From positions 186,001-250,000 of the forward strand of contig MU008183.1 of assembly GCA_010909165.1 (NCBI GenBank): a stretch of DNA of 64,000 bases. The letters run 5' to 3'. Every line of letters begins with the position of its first letter. The first letter of the stretch is position 1. Source of the DNA: Anthoceros angustus. Its lineage: Eukaryota; Plantae; Anthocerotophyta. The notes under the pieces were generated by a model, which was given only the letters and a program-made list of their open reading frames with translations, was not told the origin of the DNA and made no database searches. Both the position numbers and the translations under genes were made by a program. Below are positions 37,039 to 53,408 of the stretch, in pieces.

Positions 37039-40000
37039 ATGGCAGCTGATGAGGATATCGATGACTACATTTTCTATGGAACGCCTCTGGAGAGGGAGGA
37101 TGAGCTGGGGCGGAGGAAGAGGAAACTGGCGGTGGAGAAGGGGCAGGCTCGTCGACTGCCTCCCTGGCAGCAAGAGGTAGGTCTGGAGACGACGGTCCCA
37201 TTGTTGTTGTGGCGGGGTGTAGGGAGGAGACTGGTGTCTGGAATGAGTGGTGCTGTGTTGCGTTGCAGGTTACTGACACTGAAGGACGGAGAAGGTTCCA
37301 TGGGGCTTTCACGGGCGGGTTTTCTGCTGGATATTTCAACACTGTCGGGTCCAAGGAAGGTGAGTGGGGATTCGGGGTTTTGTTGGAGGGTCGAAAGGTT
37401 GAACACTGTGGATTACGGATGGGTTGACTGGTGTTTTCATGCAGGATGGACCCCGGCAACCTTCTCCTCGTCTCGGACAAAACGAGCAGATCGCAAAGAG
37501 CAATCAGCCTTGGACTACATGGATGAAGATGAGAGAGATGTAAGTGGTGGTGAAGGGTGATGTGGACGTGATGTTTCACTGGCTTGAAGACTGGAATTTT
37601 GGGTTAACTGGATGAGAAAACAGCATTGTATGGCTGATCAGCCTTGATTTGCTCTTCGTCTTTCAGGAGATTAATGACAAGGCGCTTGGGGCCTCCTCTG
37701 AATTTGACACCTTTGGTTCGACTGCAGCCGAGATTGCTCGTCGTCAATCTGCACAAGAAATTGGTCAAAGGTAGAAAGCTTACTACTGGCTGAGCTGGTC
37801 TCTTGATTATAACATTTGCCGATTGTTTGGTGGGTGGGTCTCATAGCAATGGCTGTTTGTGATTGCAGGGCATCTGCAATACCGGGCCCTGCTCCTGATG
37901 AGATTGTAGTTCCTGTCGTCCAGTCGATTGGTATGTCAGCTAGCAAGTGCCATCTGCGATTTGCTATTGTAGGATCTTCACCTCACGTGTGAGTGTTGAC
38001 TCGAACCAGGTGTGAAGTTACTTTTGAAAATGGGGTGGCGTCAGGGTCGCTCAATAGGACCGAGCCATGTCGCTGCATCGCAAGGTGAGAGCTTCTTTGG
38101 TGGTATTTTCATGAGTGAGTCGCCTACTGACTGTTGCACTTACTTTGAAATCACAGCTTCACAACGTGAGGCACGAAAAGCGATGATGGCTCTGGCAAAG
38201 GCTGACCAGCCTGTGAAGGAAGTGAAGGTCTATGGGGCGGAAATGCCAATTGCTCTTAAGTCAAGCTCTGGCTCAGATACTGAGCCTGCTGCAGAACAAG
38301 ATGAAACTTTGGTTGTACCAAAGAGTACTCCGGTATAGTTCTACCCTTGGGGTCAACTTTCTGTTGGCTGGTTGCCTGTTTATCCTCCGAGTAGATGCTG
38401 AAGTCATGTGATTCTTGAAACCAAGGTATGACTGTATAGGTGTTTGTCCTGAACCCCAAGAAGAACAAGCATGGTCTTGGCTTTGATCCCTTCCAAAATG
38501 CACCAGAGTTCAGAGGTACCTTATTGTTTTTCTGTATTTTTGTTAGATATGTGGACCACACTTTCTGTGTTGATGGCCTAGGCTGAATCAGATCCTGAGC
38601 AAAATTGGAGTGAACGTGTATGCAGATGCAAAGCGTTTTCGAATGGGGCAGGATCATGGTAAATCCAGCAGAAAGTGGGGACAGTCTGCTCTTCCATCCG
38701 GGAAACCAAGTTTATTCAGGCCAAATGGTACCTTCTTGACAACAACCTGGTCCACTCTGGGCTTGGCTCCAAGGTGAAGGCGCACATATTATAATTCTGG
38801 AGATGCTGAGAAGACTCTGTTTTTGGTGCTTTTTGTAGCTGGGAGGATGTCTGGTGGCTTTGGAATTGGAGCTCTTGAAGATCTTGGAGAAGAGGATGAA
38901 GATGTGTACGCTGCTGGTATTAACTTATTTGAAACCCAGCAGGTCCCCACATTTGTTGATTTAAGCCCAATGGCAATGTCCTGATGCCTTTTGCAGCAGG
39001 TTTTGACTATGAGATTGGACCTATCGAAGATGACATTGGCCCAAGCCCTTCAAAAGGTCATGTTAATAGGAAGACATCTCAAAAATCTAAAGAAGGGCTG
39101 CTTCCAGGCTTCAAGCTTGCCAGCTCCTCTTCTGTTTCAAATGTGAATTGGTAACACACCGTCTTTGGTACGACAAATATTTTGATCTGCATTGATTGCT
39201 GGTTGTGTTCTGACAAACAACGTGTCCTTTGACTAGGTTTCCTCCACCTCAGGTTCCTTCGGGGTTTGTGAGTGTACACAAATTTACAGCATCTCTAGAA
39301 ATTAGGCATGTTCTGCCCACGCCTGAGCCACCAGCAGTCCCACCTCCTGAGAATAAGGAGCAGTGCAGGGTGATTGAAGGATTGGCAGCTTTTGTTGCAC
39401 GAATTGGGCAGAAGTTTGAGGACTTGTCAAGAGAACGCAACATGGGCAATTCCTTGTTTGGGTTTCTTTTTGGGGGTCCAGGTCATGATTATTATGTAAG
39501 GAAATTGTGGGAGGAGCGCAACAAGCTGGCAGATTCTGGGAAGGAGCAAATTCAGAAATCTTCCAGTGTGTCCTTGCCACCTATGCTCGGTGCAGAGCAG
39601 CGTGGCAAGATGCTGGGAGAAGTTGCTCTACCATCAAAGCCTGTACCAGTAACTTCTATGATTGCGCCAGAGGATCGTGCCAGGCTTCAGTCAATTCTTA
39701 TGAGCACATTCACTAAGTCAGGATCTGAGGTACTTGCAAGCCAACTTTTTATCAGAGACTGTCTTCTCCATTGTCATGGCAATTCAGTCAGGATTTATTT
39801 GGTCAGCTGCTTTAAAGAGTGGGGTTAAATGTTCGTAGTGTCCGGAGTCCACCTTGTGACAGGTCTTTGTTCACTGTTGTAGGGGGGAGATGTGAAAGTG
39901 GCCGCTAAGCCTTTCTTCCTTGACCCAGCAAAGCAAGCTAGGTATGAGCAGTACCTGAAGGACAAGACTCGGGGCGGTCTCAGAGCCATGGCTGTGGGAG

Positions 40001-41611
40001 GAAGTCGGTTGTCCGAAGTGCAACGTGCTCAGGAAATTCTTGAGTTTGAGAATGCAGCACGGGGTGCTGATGAAGGATCTTCCTCCACAAAAAAATCCTC
40101 AGCTGTTGCAGGGAATGAAATAGAATTATTGATGGGTGATCGTTTCACAGCGGGAACAGTGGAGAGTGGTGGCCTTGCGGTATGTCAACATGTGAGCTGT
40201 TGTAAGTCATGTTGTTCCGTATGTGTATATCCTTGAACTTCCTTAGTTCTGACCAAGGAAGTGTACAATGTGGCAGCTGGTGCATGAAGACGGATTAGCA
40301 GCAAAGGCAGGAGGGCAACCAAGGAGAGAGGAGCAATCGTGGAGGCCTAGTTCCCTCCTGTGCAAGCGTTTTGACATTCCTGATCCATTTGTTGGCAAGG
40401 TATAACGGAATTTTCCTTTTCCGTGTAGTTTGAAATGCAGTACTCCATAGTATTCTTCATGGAGACCCTAATGCAATAGGGTTTGTTTTATTGAGTCCTG
40501 ACTGAGATTCTTCTCTTGACAGCCACCTCCATTGCCCAAACCACGGAGCCGAACGGAGTCCTTAATTCTTGTGGGCTCACGTCCTGACACAGAAATTCCG
40601 TCAGAGTCAGCAGGGGGCAGTATGGCTGTGCCTATCCTCCCAGGGGATCACCGTAAGCGTGGTGAGTCAACCTCTCTAGGTGGTCCTTCTGCTGCGGAAG
40701 TGGAGGAACCATCCGTGGATACTATCAGAGAGAAACCTGTGGACCTTTTTAAGGTAACTTTCTGGTGTGAATTGCTGAAAGAAAGCTGAAGGAATGACGG
40801 CGTTCCATGTTTAACGAAGGCCCTGATGCAGGCTATCTTCTCCGATTCTGAGGAGGAGGAGGAGGAGGATGGTTCTAGAGTGCAAGAACCGTATACGTCA
40901 TCAACTCAGGGAGACGATACAGAACCAGAGAAGAGCCACATAAGTGCTGCAGAGGCTGCCCATTCTGCACTAAACCGGTTGGTTGCTGGGGACTTTCTGG
41001 AGTCACTCGGCAAAGAGCTGGGGTTGAAGGTACCTTCACCGGTGGAACGCAAGACAGTTATAGATGGGCGAAACCATGTTGTCCATGACCGGAATGTCAA
41101 GGAGTCCCAACCGGAGGCCACTGTTGGAGGACAGAGCTCAAAGAGGGATCTCTTGATGAAAGACACTAGTCACAAACCAGTTCATGTCTTCACTCAGGGA
41201 GGCAGAAGCAACGACTCTGTCAAAGTTGGACTAGATCCTGGTAAGGACAAGACGAGGTTATTATCTCGTGATCCCAGTGATCTGCAATCGAACATGGCGG
41301 ATGCACAAGTTCGTAAGCGGAGTCATTCAGCTGATGGTCAAGAAGGCGAAGACAGTAAGGGCAGGAGGTCAAGGAAGCATCACAAGCAGCGCGTGGACAT
41401 TGCCAGGCACAGCAGCTCTAGTGATAGTGATGAACATTCGCACAGAAAATCAAGGGAGTACAAGAAATCGAGAAGAAAGTCACGGACAAAGGACAAGGAT
41501 GAAAGTGAGAGCGATGACGATAGAGCGAAGACATCTCGGCACCCAAGAAGGCGAGAATTACATGGCCAGGATCCGAAAAGGCAGAGCCATAGCAAGGGAA
41601 AAGGGCGTTGA
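37039..41611 (+). CDS. TGH: G-patch/SWAP domain protein TOUGH (multi-exon)
   Basis: [14 protein letters not shown]|[34 protein letters not shown]-patch [17 protein letters not shown]-like [32 protein letters not shown], and KPVDLFKAIFSD. Confidence 0.93.
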
Positions 41612-44060
41612 GTCGCGGATGGCTGTTAGTGTGATTTTTCCTTTACCAACCAATCGAAACTGATCTGTTACTGGCTGCTAAGGTTCTATATGGTGGGCGA
41701 TTCGCAACAGACCTTCCTGCAGTTATCGCAGGTTCGTTCACGGTCACAATTCTTTTCCCTCTCTCCCGTATGGTGTTTATTGTTTTCTTCTATCGCATAC
41801 GATGTCGTTGTATCAGCGTATGTGAGAGCCCATATCATCAGCTAAGGGCGTCGGGACATCGTGCAGGTTATGGGTGCGGGGCCTGATGAACGCGATGGCA
41901 CCTTGAATTGCTGGATCGCAAATGCCCATAGCCCACCTCCTTGCCCCGGCCGCGGCAGCATTGTAATTTGTAATTGCGGGCCGGGTAACCCGAATGGACG
42001 GTGCCGGAATGGCCGGCCCGGCTGGCCGCGAACGGGCGGGCCGGGTGCCCGCCATCCATCACCCGAGATCACTTGTACCAATCGCTCACGTTATCGAAAG
42101 CCCACTTGGCTGGATGAGATGAACATTTTCCTTGGAAGATTCCAGCTACTTGCGTGGGTGCGTGGTGTCGGTGTCCTTGAGCTTCGAGGCGAGAAGCGGC
42201 CGAATCAGTTGTTTACTAGATCTGTTGTTTGTTTATGTAGCACATGTCCTGGCAGGACCCAATGCTGGACCCGACTACAAGTTGTTGAACCGACTACCCC
42301 GTTATTTGTACATTGATCTTAACATCGCACGTAACATAACGTACGAATTTTTAATAAGATAATTTAAATAACTTGGGATAAAATTTTACTCTGAAAATAT
42401 ATTGATAAAACTTATACAGCACAATCGGGTCACCTAGAGTGAATGGACGAATAGACTTCTTTGTGGATGAAGACACATAGTGTTTGTGTATGTGAAATCA
42501 CGTCTTTAGTTTGATGGTTGCAGCTAATAGGGCATTTGAAGCTTATTTGTGTCAATGAAAGATGCAGAATTCACCATTTTATTTAATATTTCTATAATAT
42601 TAGAATAGTGCAAGAATCTTGTGGATCATTTAACTATTTTAACCATCAGGATGTGTGCTGATAGTTGACAATAGTTGGTTTTGTCAAGCTCTTAACAAAA
42701 CAAAATAAATCATTTTCGTGTGATCCTATGTTGCCTTTGTTGTTTTGTGGCAATTGCATGGAGTTTGTGATCTTGTTGTCCTTTGTCGTTTTGTGTTTGT
42801 GGCTAATAGTTAATAGCATTTGTCGTTTGTGGCTATCAAATTGTGGCTAACAACTTATGTCTTCCTTACGCTTAGTTTCTGTCCTCTACGTGTTTCAACT
42901 CTTCACGTTATTCTTAGCCTTGTTACTTGACCTTTTCTATTTACTGCCCTTTCCCCACATAGATTATCACTATCCATTTGGATAATATTAATTTCTCTAT
43001 TATTAACCTATTAATTAATAATTAATAAACTATTAGGATACGAAGCGCACCAAGTCACAAGCGTGAAAGCCAAGAATAGGAATCAACAACTTGTTATAGG
43101 AATCAATCTCCATAATAAACTGCCATCAACAGGGTCAGCGGGGCGATTTGACTTGCCATCACCGGCATTCACGACATCCGCTCTCCGCCCTGGATCAACA
43201 AGTGCCACCTGCCCAACATCCCCAGACCAACCCAACCATGGAGTCGTGGCCATTTGTCCCCTCAAATGAATCTGGGTTGCTGGTTGCTTCCAATCCCAAC
43301 CCTCGCACTAGCTAATGCCTAGGTATACCACTCCGTTTGTTACATATGTCCCTACATACCTACAGAGAGGCCATATCTCCTTCCCTTGGGCCTCCGGGGA
43401 CATTAGGCCAAATGGACATACATTTATAAGAATGCTGTTATTAAGCATCATGTGCTTTGATTGGCACTTATGGGGTTTTTAAAGGGAGTGGATGCCCTTG
43501 GTGCAAGTAGCTTTAGGCACACTGTGGTATAAATTGTTAGTACCAAGTCCCAATGGCAAAAAATTCCGTCCAAGTGGACTATAATATTCTTCTTCTTTCT
43601 CTTCTTCTATGTCTTTCCTAAACCCAAGCAGATATAAATGAATATGAATATGACATAATGGATAAATATTACGGAATTACGGAATAGGGATTATGAAGCA
43701 GGCTATAGCCGATGGTGCCGTCCTTGAGCTAAGGTACGTTTGACTATGGTTGGCGAGCTGTGTGCATAACACCACTTTTATTAAATTGAATTGAATGAAA
43801 TATATGTATATTTCATATTATATTATATTCCATCTTTCTCATTTTGTCTTAGTTCCAAAATAAATGCACACTCTTTTGACATTAGGTAGGGAGATTAGTC
43901 GCTCCTTTTCACCTTGACCCTCGGGGTCCACCTTCGTTGTCCCCTGGTGGATGGGTTTCTCCCCATCATTTTTTCCTCAATAAAACATACATCTCTTTTG
44001 ACTTTCAAACGAGATGTTCCAAAATAAAAGCACAGAAAATTAGAGATCTATAAAACTTCT

Positions 44061-44274
44061 CCTCAATAAAACATACACCACACCTGTATAGTTGATCTTC
44101 TCGGCAGGTCGCCTGGGTGAAAGCCAAGTTAGAGACTTATAAAACAAAGTCTAACTTATAAAACAAACCTCAATAAAACATACACCACACCTGTATAGTT
44201 GATCTTCTCGGCAGGTCGCCTGGGTGAAAGCCAAGTTAGAGACTTATAAAACAAAGTCTAACTTATAAAACAAA
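44061..44274. repeat. Two 107-bp tandem units, each containing a 22-nt copy of the adjacent tRNA-Glu anticodon arm
   Basis: Units start at 44061 and 44168. Each contains caggtcgcctgggtgaaagcca, identical to part of the tRNA. Confidence 0.9.
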
Positions 44275-44276
44275 GA

Positions 44277-44348
44277 TTCCGTAACCGGGGCTCGAACCCA
44301 GGTCGCCTGGGTGAAAGCCAGGTATCCTAACCACTAGACTATTACGGA
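44277..44348 (-). tRNA. trnE-UUC: tRNA-Glu (anticodon TTC)
   Basis: Minus strand TCCGTAATAGTCTAGTGGTTAGGATACCTGGCTTTCACCCAGGCGACCTGGGTTCGAGCCCCGGTTACGGAA has a 7-bp acceptor stem, D-loop AGTGG, anticodon arm CCTGG-CTTTCAC-CCAGG and T-loop TTCGAG. TTTGTTTT follows. Confidence 0.96.
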
Positions 44349-44375
44349 TTTCTTAATTAATAACTAATTAAGTAT

Positions 44376-44479
44376 TAAGTAAATATGATGGCTAAGTAAA
44401 TATGATGGCTAAGTAAATATGATGGCTAAGTAAATATGATGGCTAAGTAAATATGATGGCTAAGTAAATACGATGGTTA
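44376..44479. repeat. 17-bp minisatellite (~6 copies) in the tRNA 5' flank
   Basis: (taagtaaatatgatggc)n with a degenerate last copy. Confidence 0.95.
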
Positions 44480-44644
44480 ATTAAATTCAGCCCATAAACT
44501 GTAATAACGTTAATGTAGGCTCGCTCATCGAAGTGCATTGTGAGTTCATTCAACAGCTTGTTATCGGAATCAATCTCCAGAATAAACTACTATCAACATA
44601 GAACAGAAGGTTAGCGGGGTGGTTAGTGGCAGTTTACTACCAAG

Positions 44645-44965
44645 TTTGTTTGTTTGTTTGATTGTCTTTTGAGTTCATTGTCTGTCGGATTTTCTGTTTG
44701 GGTTGATTGTGTATTTGGCTGATTGTGCGTTTGGGCTAGTAGTTTGTTTGGCTGATTGTTTGTTTAACTGTCTGTTTGGGCTAAATGCCTGTTTGATTAT
44801 TTGTTTGGTTGATTGTTGGTTTGCTTGTCTATTTGATTTTTTGTTTGGGCTGATTGGCTGTTTGATTATATGTTTGGCTGAATATCTCTTTGGGCTGATT
44901 GTATATTGGGGCTGATTGTCTATTGGGGCTGATTGTCTATTTAGGCTAATTGTTTGTTTGGTGTT
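44645..44965. repeat. GTTT/GATT-rich degenerate simple-sequence tract
   Basis: Recurrent tgtttg, gctgatt and tgggct words. Confidence 0.7.
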
Positions 44966-45319
44966 CCAGGTTGCGATTAAAAAGAAGAATGACGCAAATA
45001 AGATTGCGAGTGAGGCAGTACGAGTGAGTCAGACAGGACAAGGACGGGGAGGGCAGGAGGAGGAGGAGGAGAGGACTTTTATGCGTGCAGTGCCGCTGCC
45101 TGCGCATCTACTACTTGATCGCGCTCCTCTTCGTGAAGCGTGTTAATTATGTTGTCCTTGCCTTCTTCGAAGAGGTCTTTTGGTTGTGCTTGGATCTTTT
45201 GGATGTCTTCCTCCATCTTGAGCTTTCTCGAAGATACCTTCCAGACGGCAGAGTCCCATCTGGCACTGGCGCTAGCGTCAGTCGAGTTGTCGAGTCGGCA
45301 GAGTTCAAGTTGGCACTAG

Positions 45320-47375
<2,056 letters not shown>

Positions 47376-47654
47376 GGTCTTTTGGTTGTGCTTGGATCTT
47401 TTGGATGTCTTCCTCCATCTTGAGCTTTCTCGAAGATACCTTCCAGACGGCAGAGTCCCATCTGGCACTGGCGCTAGCGTCAGTCGAGTTGTCGAGTCGG
47501 CAGAGTTCAAGTTGGCACTAGCGATGGCGTCATGCGAGTTGTCCTAGGCAGAATTCGAGCTGGCACTGGCGCTGACATCATCCGAGTTATCGTCATGCTG
47601 TTGCTGCTCATTTCCTGGACGGGGGTAAGCGGCCTACGTATTTACGCGTACGCA

Positions 47655-47830
47655 CTTGAACAAGAGAGCAAAAATAGCCGGCATAGCTCAACATATGCAC
47701 TTGAACAAGATAGCGAAAATGGCCGGTAGAGCTCAGTTTATGAACATGAACAAGAGAGCGAAATGGTTTCCATAGGCTAGTTTGCACACTTGAACGAAAG
47801 AGCGAAAATGTCCGCCATAGCTAACATGCA
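47655..47830. repeat. ~45-bp degenerate tandem repeat (4 copies)
   Basis: cttgaacaagagagc.aaaat...c..catagct units. Confidence 0.75.
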
Positions 47831-48599
47831 AGAGTAGCAGGAAAGCACCGGAGGGAGGAGCGGGAAAAAGAAGATGGCAGCGGAAAGCCTTATTGTGCCT
47901 AACCTCGACAGCCTTAGGGCAGCGGCTAGCGAGAGGGCATCACCATGTCCCGCTCCATCGCCATGGAGGCTGCCGATGATGCAAGCAGCCGCTGGCTGAG
48001 GGTAAGGCGCGGGCCGAGCACAACTCTGTACACGCCTTTGCCTCCTTCACATGAATCCTACACCTTCACTCTCATTCAGGGGCGCGGGACGCCACATCAC
48101 CCACGAGCCAACTACGTACCGTGTAGGCCACCAAGGTTCGGCTATAATCGATTGTATTTTAAAATACCAAAAACCATAAATATTATATTTACTTTTTGCC
48201 AAAATGCGGAAATATTTCGAATGCTGATTGGGCTATGACGCGCAATGTGGGAACGCGGATGTATGCCTTTTGTGAAGAAAGTTGCCCACCCGTATGGCCG
48301 GCAAATGTGTCATATACATACGGCGCCGTATACAATCACCGACAAGTGTACCTCGGACTGTGATTGCGGGCCGGGGGCCCACCACCCAATTTTACTGCTC
48401 GTAATTGGTCACGTAGGTAATTTAAAGGCCCTCTTTGGCCGGAAGCGATGAACCTGAATGGCCCTCATGTTGATGAGCTTCAGAGCACTTTCCTTGACCG
48501 CTAAAAAAACAAAAGCGCTTTCCTCTGTGGATCCAAACAATTGGTGGCTACGAGCCACTTGGGCAACTTGCATGCCCTCGGTCTCAAACAACCTAGGTT

Positions 48600-50959
<2,360 letters not shown>

Positions 50960-51960
50960 TTTCCGGAGGGCTGTCCTGCAAGAACGGATGTGTGCTCGAT
51001 TGGGCCAGTGATCCCCAGCGAGCGTTCCATGCCGTCGAACCGATCGTGAGACGGGCTGTATTTGTATTGTGCCCGTGATTGAGAACAGTACGCGAATAAT
51101 CCCGAGCCACGTCGGAGTATTTCGTGCAGAAAGAGTGGCCTGCCAGTGTGAAAATGTTTTCTTTGCCTTGTAAATTTGATGATGTCCAAGCCAGTGATGC
51201 AAATTATTCGACAAAACCTTGCACTTACGCTGGCTGCACTCCATGTTTTCGTGGGGAGAAGTCGGTGTCACATTCCTGGCTCCTGCTTAAGCACAGCCAC
51301 CAACATGGGTGAAGTTTGGGCAAACAAGAAAAAGCGGTGGGTATACGAGAAAAATCGAAGGGCAACCAAGAGACAAACGAAAGAGAACGGTGGAGTTTTG
51401 GGCGATTTTCTGTCCAGCGAAGGCGGGTAGGAAGTAAACTACCTAGTGTCCACAGTCACGTTTTAGAGACTTTGCACAAAAAAAAGACAAAGCTGATACG
51501 GATGGAGTTGTTGGATTCCGGTAACCCAATCTCAGCCCGTCCTAGCCTAAGATCAGTAACAATAGCAAGGCCAGACAGAATCCTTCGGGTTGCACCCTCA
51601 CACTCCACCACAGACGACTCTTTGCCCAGAAAAAGGTGATCCGGATCTGCAGAACACCATTCACCAGTCCTGACTCCTGCCTACGGAGCGATGGTCATAC
51701 ATGTCCCAAGTACCAGACGGAGGCCATGCGTGGTCCAGCTGCTTGCAGCTACCACCAGTTTATGTCATCAACATCTGCAATCGACGCATTACAGGCCTGT
51801 AGCATGCTGAGATATTTGGCGTTGCCACTGTTGGTCATCATGGCCTGCATAGTTCTCACCAATGAAAACTTGCACAGTACAGGAACGTGATACTAAGAAC
51901 TATTTCTGATATCATTTACCCATGACGAGTACTCCATTGTCCCCTCCTACCATGCGTACA

Positions 51961-53027
51961 TCATGTGTAATCATACAGAGAAATGCTCTTATCCTCAGAG
52001 ACGCTGGCAAGCCTACCAGCCCTCACACCCTCTCCTCCAGGCGGCCTGAATGCCACAGACCACACTTGGTCCGTGTGATCAGTCATGGTCTGCACAGAGG
52101 CTCGCATTTTCAAGTCCCATAGCCTCACAGTCTTGTCGCTGGAGCCCGACGCAAGAGCGGCCCCATCCGGGCTCACATCCACGGACAGGACGAAACTCGC
52201 ATGACCTGACATAGCACCGATAATCTTCCGGCTCTCTGCATCGTACATATGGATGTGCTTGTCATCACACGCTGTAAACAAAACCCTATTATCGACCGGC
52301 GAGAAGGCCAGGGATCTCACAGGCATGGTATGCCCGTCCAGCTCGTGCAGCAACTTCCCCCGAGCAACGTCGAAAACCGCCACCGTGCCATCCATGGTGC
52401 TGCAAGCAAGCCGCCTTCCGTCCGCACTCCATGCAGTAGCCAGCACAAACTTGCCCCCACTTTTCTCAACCGCCTTCACGTCCGCTGTGTCTCCCCTTGG
52501 CACAGCCAGAGCCTTCTCCATCTTCCAAGAATTGGTGCTCCACAGCTTCACCGATGCACTCCCTCCTCCAGCCACAGCAAGAAAATTCCCCTACCGCCCA
52601 CAAAACAAATCGTCCTCTCAGCACAAACCCACAAAACATATCTACACAGGCTGGCCCAGGCCGGCCCAGCCCAGCCTCCCACGCATACCTTGGGGTCGAA
52701 CTGCATCAGCCAAGCCTCCGACGGCGATGACTCCAGCGTCGTCACCGTCGCATTGGTGTCCACTTCGAAGATCCGCACGAAGCTGTCTATGGACGTGGAC
52801 GCCACAATGGTGCCCGCGGGATGAGCCGCCACAGCTACCACCCCGAGAGCATGGCCCGTGTTGGTCCGCTCCAGCTCCAGCTCGTCCCCCCTCCATATCT
52901 TCACGCTCTCATCCACAGAACCCGTCACCAGCAAAGCCTGTCGCGACGAGGTGGCCGGCGCCCAGGCTGCAGCCCAGATGGAATCGTTGTGGGCATTAGC
53001 CAGATTCTTCAAGCTCAGCAACTTCAT
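51961..53027 (-). CDS. VIP3: WD40 repeat protein VIP3/SKI8 (PAF1 and SKI complexes); exons 53027-52689 and 52590-51961
   Basis: MKLLSLKNLANAHNDSIWAAAW, LVTGSVDE.VKIW, GHALGVVAV, FDPK|G.FLAVAGG.SASVKLW, GSSDKTVRLWD, and ASVSEDKSISLYDY. 98-bp GT-AG intron. Confidence 0.95.
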
Positions 53028-53408
53028 TGCGGCCTGTCTATCAGATGTCTGAAGGAATTCCCAACTGCTACAAAACCTGAGTTAATGCAGAGCAAGCCAC
53101 GATAAAAGAAATGGACCTTTATGTAATGGAAAGAGAGCAAGCAAAAGAGACCTGAGAAAAGTGCTACCATCTACGTACCTAGGCTTGGGTTCTCAGCTTG
53201 TCTCCTCCCAATTTCCTTCCACAAGTTCCAACAAGCTCACACTCTTATCTTTCACAGCCTCTAGGTTCCTTTGACCTTCCAGTGAACAAACACAAATATA
53301 GATCTCGACGAAAGGTTTTTACATACAGGAGAGCACTAGAACAAGGTTGTAGTCGAGAGGTACTCTAAGACAAAGCCATACGAGTATAGCACGGATTCTA
53401 GTATACTA

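Noticed and set aside
36776-37579. 267-aa minus-strand ORF
   Set aside because: Antisense to the TGH 5' region and G-rich leader; His/Pro-rich composition reflects strand bias.
44061-44479. CRISPR-like appearance of the 107-bp and 17-bp repeats
   Set aside because: The repeats are contiguous with no unique spacers, there are no cas genes, and the context is eukaryotic.
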